The translations under genes were made by a program, and so were the position numbers. A DNA stretch of 64,000 bases from NCBI GenBank assembly GCA_021778015.1, contig JAJYCX010000003.1, positions 35,820 to 99,819 on the forward strand, read 5' to 3'. The stretch is from Pseudomonadota bacterium. GTDB lineage: Bacteria > Pseudomonadota > Gammaproteobacteria > UBA1113. This document shows, one piece after another, positions 53,153-62,488 of the stretch. The number at the start of each line of letters is the position of its first letter. Position 1 is the stretch's first letter. The notes beneath the pieces were generated by a model. It was not told the origin of the DNA. It saw only the letters and a list, made by a program, of their open reading frames with translations, and made no database searches.

Positions 53153-53746
53153 ATGATAGGTCGTTTACGTGGGATTTTGCTGGAAGTAAAAGCACCGGAC
53201 ATTTTAATCGATGTACACGGCGTGGCTTACGACGTCAAAGCACCATTGTCCACTTGCTATAGATTGCCCGAAGTAGGGCAGGAAATCATTTTATTAACTC
53301 ATTTAGCTGTGCGGGAAGATGCGCATACTTTGTTTGGTTTTATAGACAAGCATGAACGAGCCTTGTTTCGCAGCTTGATTAAGGTGAATGGCATAGGTCC
53401 TAAATTAGCTTTAACCATTTTATCCAGCATCGACAGCCACGATTTTGTCAACGCCATACGCAATGACGATTTAACTCGTTTGGTACGTCTTCCCGGCATA
53501 GGTAAAAAAACAGGAGAGCGTTTGTTAATTGAAATGGCCGATAAATTAGACGAATGGGAAATGGACTTGGCACAGCAACTTCCATTGAGTGATAATAAGC
53601 CTAGAGCGGTCATAGACGAAGCGCAAGCGGCATTGGTTTCTTTGGGCTTTAAACCGCAAGAAGCGATGAAAATATTAAAGCAAATTCCAGTAGAAGGGTT
53701 GAGTGCCGAGGAAGTATTACGTAAGGCCTTACAGGCATTGTCGTAA
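53153..53746 (+). CDS. ruvA: Holliday junction branch migration protein RuvA
   Basis: MIGRLRG, VREDA..LFGF, VNGIGPK, PGIGKKT. Confidence 0.97.
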   Translation: MIGRLRGILLEVKAPDILIDVHGVAYDVKAPLSTCYRLPEVGQEIILLTHLAVREDAHTLFGFIDKHERALFRSLIKVNGIGPKLALTILSSIDSHDFVNAIRNDDLTRLVRLPGIGKKTGERLLIEMADKLDEWEMDLAQQLPLSDNKPRAVIDEAQAALVSLGFKPQEAMKILKQIPVEGLSAEEVLRKALQALS

Positions 53747-53771
53747 TTGAATAGTACAAATAGGAAAAGAA

Positions 53772-54809
53772 ATGTTAGACCAAGATCGTTTTATCACGGC
53801 CAGTCAAAAAAGCGAGGATGTGCGTTTTGACCGCGCCATAAGACCGCGTTATTTAAAAGATTACACCGGCCAAGAAGCGGTAAAATCGCAATTGTCTATC
53901 TTCATCGATGCGGCTAAAAAAAGGCAAGAAGCTTTAGATCACGTCCTTATTTTCGGGCCACCTGGCTTGGGTAAAACGACTTTAGCCCATATCATCGCCT
54001 GTGAAATGGGCGCTGAATTAAGACAAACTTCTGGGCCAGTCCTAGAAAAAGCAGGGGATCTAGCCGCGTTGCTCACTAACCTGAAAGCAAATGATGTATT
54101 GTTCATCGATGAAATCCATCGTTTAAGTGCTACCGTCGAAGAAATTTTATATCCAGCCATGGAAGATTATCAGTTAGACTTAATGATCGGCGAAGGCCCA
54201 GCGGCGCGTTCTATTAAACTAGACTTACCGCCGTTTACTTTAGTGGGCGCAACCACTCGTGCGGGTTTATTAACTTCACCATTACGCGATCGTTTTGGTA
54301 TAGTGAATCGCTTACAATTTTATTCCCCTACAGAACTCACCGATATTTTATTGCGTTCAGCGCACATATTGAATGTTTCCTTAGAACCCGCTGCCGCCAG
54401 TGAAATTGCAAAACGTTCACGCGGCACCCCACGTATTGCCAATCGCTTATTGCGTCGTGCGCGCGATTATGCCGAAGTACGTGGCGATGGCATGATAACT
54501 CAACTCATTGCCAATGAAGCTTTGCATTTATTAGAAGTGGATAAAAAAGGTTTTGATGTGTTAGATCGCAGATTTTTATCGGATCTATTGCATAAATTCA
54601 ATGGCGGCCCGGTGGGTTTAGATACTCTAGCGGCGTCTTTAAGCGAAGAAAAAAGTACCATAGAAGATGTAATCGAACCTTATTTAATTCAACAAGGCTT
54701 TATTGCGCGCACCGCCCGCGGTCGCGTAGCAACGGATTTGGTGTATCTACACTTTGGTTTGAAGAATCCAAATGCGGCCAATTTATTGCGGGCTATAGAT
54801 GTAGAATAG
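53772..54809 (+). CDS. ruvB: Holliday junction helicase RuvB
   Basis: [29 protein letters not shown]. Confidence 0.98.
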   Translation: MLDQDRFITASQKSEDVRFDRAIRPRYLKDYTGQEAVKSQLSIFIDAAKKRQEALDHVLIFGPPGLGKTTLAHIIACEMGAELRQTSGPVLEKAGDLAALLTNLKANDVLFIDEIHRLSATVEEILYPAMEDYQLDLMIGEGPAARSIKLDLPPFTLVGATTRAGLLTSPLRDRFGIVNRLQFYSPTELTDILLRSAHILNVSLEPAAASEIAKRSRGTPRIANRLLRRARDYAEVRGDGMITQLIANEALHLLEVDKKGFDVLDRRFLSDLLHKFNGGPVGLDTLAASLSEEKSTIEDVIEPYLIQQGFIARTARGRVATDLVYLHFGLKNPNAANLLRAIDVE

Positions 54810-54818
54810 GGACACTTA

Positions 54819-54866
54819 AATGAATCTCCGAGCCGCTACCGTCAGGGAGCGGCTCGGGAATTCATT
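54819..54866. repeat. Family B element, copy 3, forming a hairpin after ruvB
   Basis: CCGAGCCGCTACCGTCAGGGAGCGGCTCGG at 54828-54857; one mismatch to 15545-15569 over the shared 25 bp. Confidence 0.85.
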
Positions 54867-54915
54867 ATTTATGAAGATAACTCAGCTCGTGAGCGCTCAG
54901 ACGAATTGCTAAGCA

Positions 54916-55077
54916 TCATCTTAAAAAATGCATAATCAGAGTAATAAGCAATAGTATTAAAAATACACTAAAAATTATTCTGAAAATCAATAAAAGAGCT
55001 TCCCCGACTATACCCGTAAACCCTAGGATTCCACTGATAAGAACAATAACAAGGAAAATGATTAGCCATGTTAACAT
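54916..55077 (-). CDS. DUF1328 (YtjA/UPF0391)-like small membrane protein, 53 aa
   Basis: Hand translation MLTWLIIFLVIVLISGILGFTGIVGEALLLIFRIIFSVFLILLLITLIMHFLR; LGFTGI motif; below the ORF-track cutoff. Confidence 0.8.
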   Translation of the reverse strand: MLTWLIIFLVIVLISGILGFTGIVGEALLLIFRIIFSVFLILLLITLIMHFLR

Positions 55078-55123
55078 GATTCCAACTCCATTTTGTGAAC
55101 TGTAAACACTCGGTAGGATTTTA

Positions 55124-55292
55124 GAGAAGGTTCACTGAACTGTGTCATCCTCGGCAAGGCCGCAGCCGGGGATCCAGTTTCAATTCAAGTTTTCCCCTGA
55201 TTTAATTCTAGATCCCCGGCCTTCGGCCGAGGATGACAAGGCTCTGGATTTTAATCTTACGCCCAGAATGACACAGTTCAGTAAACCTTCTC
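55124..55292. repeat. Family D palindrome (55143-55238) nested in a 25-bp outer inverted repeat
   Basis: GAGAAGGTTCACTGAACTGTGTCAT / ATGACACAGTTCAGTAAACCTTCTC (one mismatch). Confidence 0.85.
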
Positions 55293-55411
55293 GGATTTTA
55301 TTCTACCCCATCATAACCATACACGCACATAAGAAATAAAGCAAATGAAGGGATGAAAAAGAATGCAAGACAGAACCTGTACTTAATTAAGTAATAGCAA
55401 ATAAACTGATA

Positions 55412-55588
55412 TTATTCTTTATCTCTAGAAATATGTATAAACACGGTCACAACAAATATGACCAAAAAAATACCAAAAAGAGCCCTGTCAATATCCAAGA
55501 ATGGTTGTGCAGTCGTTATACCCGTAAAGCCTAAGACAGCGGTTATAATAACGGCTATCAGAAAAATTCGGATCCATTTCATTAACAT
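55412..55588 (-). CDS. DUF1328-like small membrane protein, 58 aa
   Basis: Hand translation MLMKWIRIFLIAVIITAVLGFTGITTAQPFLDIDRALFGIFLVIFVVTVFIHISRDKE. Confidence 0.75.
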   Translation of the reverse strand: MLMKWIRIFLIAVIITAVLGFTGITTAQPFLDIDRALFGIFLVIFVVTVFIHISRDKE

Positions 55589-55723
55589 ATTTTTATCCCT
55601 TTTAATTTATTACATAGAAGGGTAGACATTGCGGCAGACTGACTGTATTCATAGCCGTTACCCTTAAAATCGATAATATAATGTTAGATTATAACATAAA
55701 CCAGGAAGGTAAATGTTATATTC

Positions 55724-55752
55724 AAAAAATGCCACCCCCATGAGGGGGCGGC
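55724..55752 (-). terminator. Orphan minus-strand intrinsic terminator
   Basis: GCCGCCCCC-TCAT-GGGGGTGGC-ATTTTTT on the minus strand (the G-U pair works only on this strand). Confidence 0.7.
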
Positions 55753-55968
55753 TGCCAATGCGGCACTGTATGCTATCAAAGTCCCAAACTGACAAACCCA
55801 TGTTTTTCTTAAGCGGTCGTTCAAAACATTGCTTTTGAATCAAATTTACTCTAAAATGCACTACGATAAAACGCTACCGGTCAGTAATAAATGACTGTTT
55901 AGCTAAAAAAAGAGCATATTTCATCGTAAAGTGATGAATCATTACAAGTATTAAAGAAGGTAAAAATT

Positions 55969-57687
55969 ATGGCTAGTACAGACACGCAGGTAAGAGAGCA
56001 AGCATTTCTTGGGGCACAAAACGAATTAACAAGTAGTGATAGATTTCCGAGAGGAAAAGAGAACTATCCTGTTTCTGACATCAATTTGAAGCATGAAGAT
56101 ATAGAGATGCAAAATCATGTAATCCTTTCATCTGAAATTGAAAATAGAAAAATCGAAAATTATGAACAAAAAATTTGTTCAGGTGATTTGGAAGCGATGA
56201 GTAATTTTCTACGTATCTCACTAGAGGAACCTAGTACACAGGAAGAGAAACAAGATCGCTATGATATAGTCATAGATATGTGCGAAAAAATAAGTGGGTC
56301 CCGAAATACCGATGCCATGATCAAATTTGCTGATTTATTACTAAAATATCCAAGCTTAATTGGACAGGCGTACACGTTGTATAAAGAAGCAATGGGGTTG
56401 TTTGATGCCAATGCTATGTATAGTTTAGCTAAACTATGGTTGAATCGTAAATCTATCAGCGCAGAGTCTAAGGAATATAATCGTGGCGAAGCTATCTATT
56501 TATGTACATTAGCTGCTAAATTTGATCATGCAGGGGCTATGTATAGTAAGGCGCATCTGCTAGCAGATCGCCTCAGTTCAGAGCAAGAAAAAGAACAATA
56601 TCTTGAAGAAGCGCTAGAATCTGCCGCTCAGTTGGGCCATGTTGATGCTATGGTTGATTTAGCAGATTTGAATGCAGCGGATGGTTCTGCGAGAAAAGCT
56701 ATGGATCTATATAACAAAGCAATAGAACAAAATCATACGGGTGCTATGTATAAAAAGGCTATCTGGATACTCAATAGTCGTTCCGCTTCAAGAGAAGAAC
56801 TGATATATGCGTTAAGGCTATTAACAAAAGCAGCGCGTTTAAATAATAGCGATGCTATGAATAATTTGGCTTTTCGACATGAGAGAAAGCGAGATTATCA
56901 AAAATCCTTTCCCTTATATGAACAAGCGGTTTTTTTAGGTCACCTGGGTGCGATGAAGAACATTCTACGTATTTTACTTGATGCTCCTAGTACGCAAGAA
57001 GATAAAGAGAACTGTCTTAATAAATTAAAAGAATTGTGCGAAAGAATTATAAATTCGGATAATTCTGACATCATGAATAAAATGGCTTTTCTATTGTCAC
57101 AATATCCGGATAGACAAGAAGAGGCCTTCATGTTATATGAAAAGGCAATTGAGTTAGATAATGCCGATGCTATGAACAATCTAGCTGATTTGCTACTAAA
57201 ACTTCCCACTATCACTAAAGATGAAAAAACAAAAAATGATATCGAGGCTCTGAAATTGTATGAAAGAGCTATTTGCTTAGGGCATACTGACGCAATGCAT
57301 AATTTGTTTAACATGTTGCTCATATCCACTGAAACGAAAGAATTTAATGAAATGGGCATTGATATGGTTCTAGATGTATGTGAAAAAGTGCGTATATTTG
57401 GCAGTCCCGAGGCTATAAATAATTTAGGCGAATTACTAGAAATATATTCCAGTAAATTTCCTGCTGTAGCTGATAGATTTTCTGAGATTACTCTCGCCAT
57501 GTACAAAGAGGCGAAAGAATTAGGTGATCCGATGGCTAGTAGAAATTATGAGCGTTTAAATGCACAACAAAGAAATGCACATAGATCTCAGCCTAGTGCT
57601 AAAGATTTACCATTCTTTAATCAACAAGGGACTCCTCTGATAAATGATGAAGTGCTTATACGTTCAGTATCACCATCTAAACGCTAA
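55969..57687 (+). CDS. Sel1-like repeat protein, candidate effector
   Basis: Many repeats such as AAQLGHVDAMVDLA, AARLNNSDAMNNLA, AIELDNADAMNNLA; no signal peptide. Confidence 0.88.
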   Translation: MASTDTQVREQAFLGAQNELTSSDRFPRGKENYPVSDINLKHEDIEMQNHVILSSEIENRKIENYEQKICSGDLEAMSNFLRISLEEPSTQEEKQDRYDIVIDMCEKISGSRNTDAMIKFADLLLKYPSLIGQAYTLYKEAMGLFDANAMYSLAKLWLNRKSISAESKEYNRGEAIYLCTLAAKFDHAGAMYSKAHLLADRLSSEQEKEQYLEEALESAAQLGHVDAMVDLADLNAADGSARKAMDLYNKAIEQNHTGAMYKKAIWILNSRSASREELIYALRLLTKAARLNNSDAMNNLAFRHERKRDYQKSFPLYEQAVFLGHLGAMKNILRILLDAPSTQEDKENCLNKLKELCERIINSDNSDIMNKMAFLLSQYPDRQEEAFMLYEKAIELDNADAMNNLADLLLKLPTITKDEKTKNDIEALKLYERAICLGHTDAMHNLFNMLLISTETKEFNEMGIDMVLDVCEKVRIFGSPEAINNLGELLEIYSSKFPAVADRFSEITLAMYKEAKELGDPMASRNYERLNAQQRNAHRSQPSAKDLPFFNQQGTPLINDEVLIRSVSPSKR

Positions 57688-57698
57688 AAACAATCATC

Positions 57699-57727
57699 CC
57701 CGAGCAACAAAAATTGTGTTGCTCGGG
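57699..57727. terminator. Hairpin between convergent genes
   Basis: CCCGAGCAACA-AAAATTG-TGTTGCTCGGG. Confidence 0.6.
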
Positions 57728-57751
57728 AAAGTTGAATTAAATCCGGTATAA

Positions 57752-59239
57752 CTATTTTTTTGCTTTAAAACCGCAATATCGCCAGCCTATACCCAACAAC
57801 AAACACAACACCGACACAATCCACACAGGCCATGAACCATAATAGATAAATGGTGTTATGCCTTGATGTGGCATGACGCTGCCCGTCAATACAATAGCAT
57901 TATCGATGGGCAATCGTTTTTGTATGTCGCCTTTGTAATCGACTATGGCGGTAATACCGCTGTTGCTGACAAACAATTGTGGTCTAGCCATTTCTATAGA
58001 GCGCATTTGTGCCATCTGTAGATGTTGACTCAAAGCAGAGGAGTCGCCAAACCAAGCATCGTCGCTGATGGTGACCAATAGCTCTGCTGCCGGTAAAGAT
58101 TGTCGCACCAATCCAGGAAAGATAATTTCATAGCAAATAAAGGGCGCTACATTCACGCCGTTAACCATTAACGCAGTTTGTGTTTTAGGGCCCGCAGATA
58201 AACTGGCATTGGGTAATTGCCAATATTCTAACAATGCCGATAACCATCGCTGCATCGGTAAATATTCGCCAAAAGGCACTAAATGCCGTTTGCGATATAG
58301 GCCTTGGTTTTGGCCCAACAAGATCAATGCATTATAATATTGGTTATTTTCGCCACTGGCACCAATGCCGGTTAATAAATTGCTATTATGATTTTTTAAT
58401 ACGGCATCCATATGTTCCAAAGTAGGCTGAACATAATCGATATTGGCAGGAATAGCCGCTTCTGGCCAGATAATAAAATCGGTACCTAAATGGCTTTCAG
58501 TTAAATTTAAATAGTGTTCGACATTATTGGCCAATCGCATCGGATCCCATTTGAGATCTTGGGTTATATTGCCTTGCACCAGAGCTACGGACAATGCAGG
58601 CGGTTTTGCCTCGCCCCACGGTATCTGCTTAGCACCATAGCCTAAAGCATAGATTAACCCTATAACGACTAAGGGAATAATGCGCAGTGACCAACGCTTG
58701 TTTTGGCATGCCATAAACAATAAGCCACTCATGAACACACATAACCACGATAAACCATACACACCGATGAAAGGCGCTAAACCGGCTAATGGCGTGTTAG
58801 TTTGACTATAACCTAACGATAACCATGGAAAGCCGCTGCCTATAATGGCGCGTACACCTTCTCCTAAAACCCATAAACTAGGATATACACACAACCAACG
58901 CAGCCATGCAGGTACCGTAATATTACGTAATAATAACCCCAATGCTGCAGGAAACAAGGCTAAAACGACGCACAATGACATCATGATTAAATAAGCGATC
59001 CATAAGGGGCTGTGACCGAATGTGTAAATGCTGTAATAGATCCAATAAACGCCCGTAGCAAAGAAAGCAATACCAAAGAGAAAACCTATAGCAGTTGCTT
59101 CAAAAACAGAGCGGCTGTACTGCCATAAAAAAATCAAACCGAATGGAATGAGAATGGCTAAGATAGACCACTGCCAGGGCGCAAAGGCTAGAGGCAATAA
59201 TGAACCTAATATAAGTGCTGCGAAAAGACGATAAAACAT
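57752..59239 (-). CDS. lnt: Apolipoprotein N-acyltransferase
   Basis: GFPWLSLGY, WPEAA, KRHLVPFGEY, ICYEIIF. Confidence 0.96.
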   Translation of the reverse strand: MFYRLFAALILGSLLPLAFAPWQWSILAILIPFGLIFLWQYSRSVFEATAIGFLFGIAFFATGVYWIYYSIYTFGHSPLWIAYLIMMSLCVVLALFPAALGLLLRNITVPAWLRWLCVYPSLWVLGEGVRAIIGSGFPWLSLGYSQTNTPLAGLAPFIGVYGLSWLCVFMSGLLFMACQNKRWSLRIIPLVVIGLIYALGYGAKQIPWGEAKPPALSVALVQGNITQDLKWDPMRLANNVEHYLNLTESHLGTDFIIWPEAAIPANIDYVQPTLEHMDAVLKNHNSNLLTGIGASGENNQYYNALILLGQNQGLYRKRHLVPFGEYLPMQRWLSALLEYWQLPNASLSAGPKTQTALMVNGVNVAPFICYEIIFPGLVRQSLPAAELLVTISDDAWFGDSSALSQHLQMAQMRSIEMARPQLFVSNSGITAIVDYKGDIQKRLPIDNAIVLTGSVMPHQGITPFIYYGSWPVWIVSVLCLLLGIGWRYCGFKAKK

Positions 59240-59246
59240 AGAACCT

Positions 59247-60203
59247 CTAATATAACACGGCTAATAAATGCTGGATCTTCTGGACTACATCGCTATAACT
59301 GTCTAATACCATGCCGACTGGTTTGTGATCTTCTCCCAATAGCACATCGCCTGGACTATAGGGGTGATCGATATTACGCGTTATGTGCGATAGTTTGCGC
59401 TTGCCACGGCCTAAATAATGCATTCTGGCTACAATTTCTTGGCCGGTATAACAGCCCTTTGTAAAACTTACACCATGGTGTTCGGGTAAAGCAATGGCAT
59501 GTGGCGTGTATAGGGCGCTGGTCTTAGGGCGTATATGGACTAAAAAAGCTTGTATATCGTACCAATGCCATACGCTTTCACTGCATGGAACGGCCTTATG
59601 TGTCATCAACTCTTGCCACAAATTGATTAATGCAGGCACACTTGCCGTACAGACAAAACGTTCTACCTCGCCAGGAACACGATGCACATATAATTCCTCA
59701 TGAAAGGATTGCTGTTGTTCGATGGGAGGTTCTAAACCCAGGCATGATCGCAAAGCTTTAGCGCTGTCTGCGCCTACAACGCCTATGCTGATTAGATCCT
59801 GGGAAGCCGATTCAATGACGACCTTAGAGAATTTGGCATATTGCTGTAGCGCTTTTTGTAATATCGGTGCGGATAGGCTGGGTAAGTGTAAATAATAAGC
59901 TTCATCGCGCAGATAAATGTAGAAAGTGGCAATAACTTGTCCTTGACGATTACAGTGCGCGGCAAAATGTCCGCGTTGTGGGGTAACCGATTCCATATCA
60001 CAGGTTAATTGTCCCTGTAGAAACTTTTTGCTGTCTACACCGGATACCTTTAACCATGTCCAGTTTAATAGAGGGCAGATCAGTAAATGGCTAGCGCTTT
60101 CTTTCTGCGCAGTAAGTGTGGGTACAAAGCAATATTCTTCCTCTTCTAGGCGAAGCGTGCCATAGTTAGATAAAAATTTTATAAAATCTGGATTAAATTG
60201 CAT
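59247..60203 (-). CDS. ygfZ: Folate-binding Fe-S repair protein YgfZ
   Basis: FLQGQLTCD and KGCYTGQE. Confidence 0.95.
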   Translation of the reverse strand: MQFNPDFIKFLSNYGTLRLEEEEYCFVPTLTAQKESASHLLICPLLNWTWLKVSGVDSKKFLQGQLTCDMESVTPQRGHFAAHCNRQGQVIATFYIYLRDEAYYLHLPSLSAPILQKALQQYAKFSKVVIESASQDLISIGVVGADSAKALRSCLGLEPPIEQQQSFHEELYVHRVPGEVERFVCTASVPALINLWQELMTHKAVPCSESVWHWYDIQAFLVHIRPKTSALYTPHAIALPEHHGVSFTKGCYTGQEIVARMHYLGRGKRKLSHITRNIDHPYSPGDVLLGEDHKPVGMVLDSYSDVVQKIQHLLAVLY

Positions 60204-60272
60204 TGTATTTCGAGTTAATTCCGGTTAATATTGATTACAATATTATCAGACATATGACGATAAAGGCAAGAG

Positions 60273-60536
60273 ATGACTATTAATGTACAAGAAAAAGCCA
60301 GACTATATTGGGCTTGCAGACGCGGTATGCTGGAATTGGATTTACTATTATTGCCTTTTTTAGATCAATGTTATGACCATTTGAACGATGAAGAAAAACC
60401 CGTTTTTATACAAATGTTAACCCTGGAAGATCCTACTCTATATCAGTGGTTTATTGCCAGACTAGAACCTGAAGACCTTGCCATGCGCGCTATGGTGGAG
60501 AAAATCATTGCACATGCTCGCCGTTCGGCCGTCTAA
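60273..60536 (+). CDS. sdhE: FAD assembly factor SdhE
   Basis: WACRRGMLELD motif. Confidence 0.95.
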   Translation: MTINVQEKARLYWACRRGMLELDLLLLPFLDQCYDHLNDEEKPVFIQMLTLEDPTLYQWFIARLEPEDLAMRAMVEKIIAHARRSAV

Positions 60537-60939
60537 AAGACTTATCTTCTTATATGGTTTGCTGTATAGCCTAAGTTTGATATTCATTATACTCTACGGC
60601 AAAAACTGGCCGTGGTTTATTTTTTTGAGTGTTATCACCAGCGTATCCTGCGCCGGGATAATGAGTCTTTATTCTTTATGTGCCTTACAAGCTTTAATTA
60701 GTCTACCCCAGGGAAAAATAGATCTGCAATTTAGAACAGGCATCCAACACTATGATCAGATCACAGTATGCCATCAAGGCCCTAAGCTCATTATTTTGCA
60801 CTGTAAAAATCTTCAGAAACAACGTTATGTATTATGCCTTGCCGATGCTTTTTCTGCGGATGATTTTGGGTTGCTGCAGCGATTATTAAGGCTCGAGTCG
60901 CGAATGTTAGTGAGCGGAAATAAATCCACATCGTTTTAG
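60514..60939 (+). CDS. YgfX-like membrane protein
   Basis: Overlaps the sdhE end as in sdhE-ygfX; RPS N-terminus, two TM segments, D....DF..L.R.LRL C-terminus. Confidence 0.65.
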   Translation: MLAVRPSKRLIFLYGLLYSLSLIFIILYGKNWPWFIFLSVITSVSCAGIMSLYSLCALQALISLPQGKIDLQFRTGIQHYDQITVCHQGPKLIILHCKNLQKQRYVLCLADAFSADDFGLLQRLLRLESRMLVSGNKSTSF

Positions 60940-61012
60940 TCACAAGATTCGAGTATAATCTAGCCTAGATAATAGTATCAATGTATAATATTTGCGCTTT
61001 ATGCTCAATGCG

Positions 61013-61126
61013 CTTCAAGAAGCGAGTTGAATATTGAAAGCGATCATAAACCAGAACATTGTCATCATTTGAAACTGGCTCCCCGATCAGAGCTTGTACT
61101 CGGTGCTCCGAGTATCGAGGATGACA
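61013..61126. repeat. Family D element (partially deleted) with conserved flank
   Basis: 54-bp homologue of 62286-62339, then CTGGCTCCCCGA...TCGAGGATGACA. Confidence 0.75.
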
Positions 61127-61184
61127 AAGCTATGGATCCAAGTTCAATAGGTAGATAACATTAAATTTAGTGAGGTAAAAAAAT

Positions 61185-62252
61185 ATGGAATCTTTATCTA
61201 GTATTAAGGCAAATGAGACAATTGAGGTAGGTGGTCCTTTAACTGTTCGCGGAAATATAGGCTCAGGTGCAAAAGTTACTGTAGTTAATGGTAGTATAAC
61301 TGCCGCTAGTGTAGGCAGTTGCGCAACAGTTCTTGCCCATGATACATCAACTTTCAGCGGAAATATAGGCTCAGGTGCAAAAGTTACTGTACACAATGGT
61401 GGTGTAACTGCCGTTAGTGTAGATTCAGGCGCAACAGTTCTTGCCCATGGTACTTCAACTTTCAGCGGAAATATAGGTTCAAATGCAGCAGTTACTGTAC
61501 GCAATGGTGGTGTAACCGCTGTTAATGTAGGCCGAAACGCAATAGTGAGTGCAGAGGGACCTTCAACTTTCAGCGGAAATATAGGTTCAAGTGCAGCAGT
61601 TACTGTAGCCAATGGTAATCTAACTGTCGGCGGTAATATTGAATCAAGAGCAAAGATTAATTTAAACGGTGGTTCCCTGCATATAAGTGGAACCATTTCA
61701 CCAGACTGTATTATTATAGGAGCTTCAAACCTAAGCGATTATACCCGTTCTACTGAGGTGAATGGTAACAGCTCAATGATAGCTAATGATGGAAGTGTAA
61801 ACTTCATCCGTTGCAATGGCAGCTCTTTTATATCGGGTTCAAAAAGAAACACAACAACAATCACTGACTCAGCTACTGGAAAGCAGATAAAAATATGCCA
61901 GGATCCATCATCAGGTGAGATCACGGTGAATGGACACAAAATGCCTTTTAGAAACAAACATCAACTCGTCACCGACGGGAAAGGCAGTAAGTTAATGGTG
62001 AATGACTACACAGTCGAAATAAATGACCTAGAAGTACGAGTTGATGGGCAGTTAGTTGTGGATGGTGTAATTCAAGCTACTCCTCAGTCATCTGTTTCCT
62101 TGGTAACACCTAATGAAGAAATAGCGTCACCTTTTTCTTCGACGGGACCTGCTTTCTTGGCAGCTCCATCTCGGGAGCAGAAGAATGAAAGCAAGCCTCT
62201 GTTACAGAAAGACGAAGTTAAGCAAGAACGCTGTTGTTGTGCCGTTATGTAA
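61185..62252 (+). CDS. Beta-solenoid-like repeat protein with C-terminal CCCAVM, candidate effector
   Basis: About 3.5 tandem 108-bp/36-aa repeats (GNIGSGAKVTV.NG...) at 61251-61620; CaaX end; no signal peptide. Confidence 0.75.
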   Translation: MESLSSIKANETIEVGGPLTVRGNIGSGAKVTVVNGSITAASVGSCATVLAHDTSTFSGNIGSGAKVTVHNGGVTAVSVDSGATVLAHGTSTFSGNIGSNAAVTVRNGGVTAVNVGRNAIVSAEGPSTFSGNIGSSAAVTVANGNLTVGGNIESRAKINLNGGSLHISGTISPDCIIIGASNLSDYTRSTEVNGNSSMIANDGSVNFIRCNGSSFISGSKRNTTTITDSATGKQIKICQDPSSGEITVNGHKMPFRNKHQLVTDGKGSKLMVNDYTVEINDLEVRVDGQLVVDGVIQATPQSSVSLVTPNEEIASPFSSTGPAFLAAPSREQKNESKPLLQKDEVKQERCCCAVM

Positions 62253-62270
62253 AGTGGAATGTATTGCAGT

Positions 62271-62410
62271 TATATAGCCATCATACTTGAAGATGCGAGT
62301 TGAAGGCTCAAGGTAACTACAAACCAGAACGTTGTCATCCTCGACGCGGCCGCTAGGCCGAAGTCGGGGGTCCAGAAAAAACTGGATTCCCGACTTCGTC
62401 GAGAATGACA
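62271..62410. repeat. Family D palindrome (62333-62410) with ERIC-like flank
   Basis: TGTCATCCTCGACG...CGTCGAGAATGACA preceded by TATAGCCATCATACTTGAAGATGCGAG. Confidence 0.85.
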
Positions 62411-62488
62411 CGATGGCTCTTGTACAAAATTCTTTTGTTGTTTATGCTATGAATAAGCTATTTCTGAAAACTTTGAGGACTTACCACC

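Noticed and set aside
55298-55411. In-frame hydrophobic extension after the second DUF1328-like stop
   Set aside because: Short open stretch in T-rich DNA with no readthrough signal; likely chance.
56940-57506. 188-aa minus-strand ORF (similarly 61130-61696)
   Set aside because: Antisense shadows of repeat-rich plus-strand genes.
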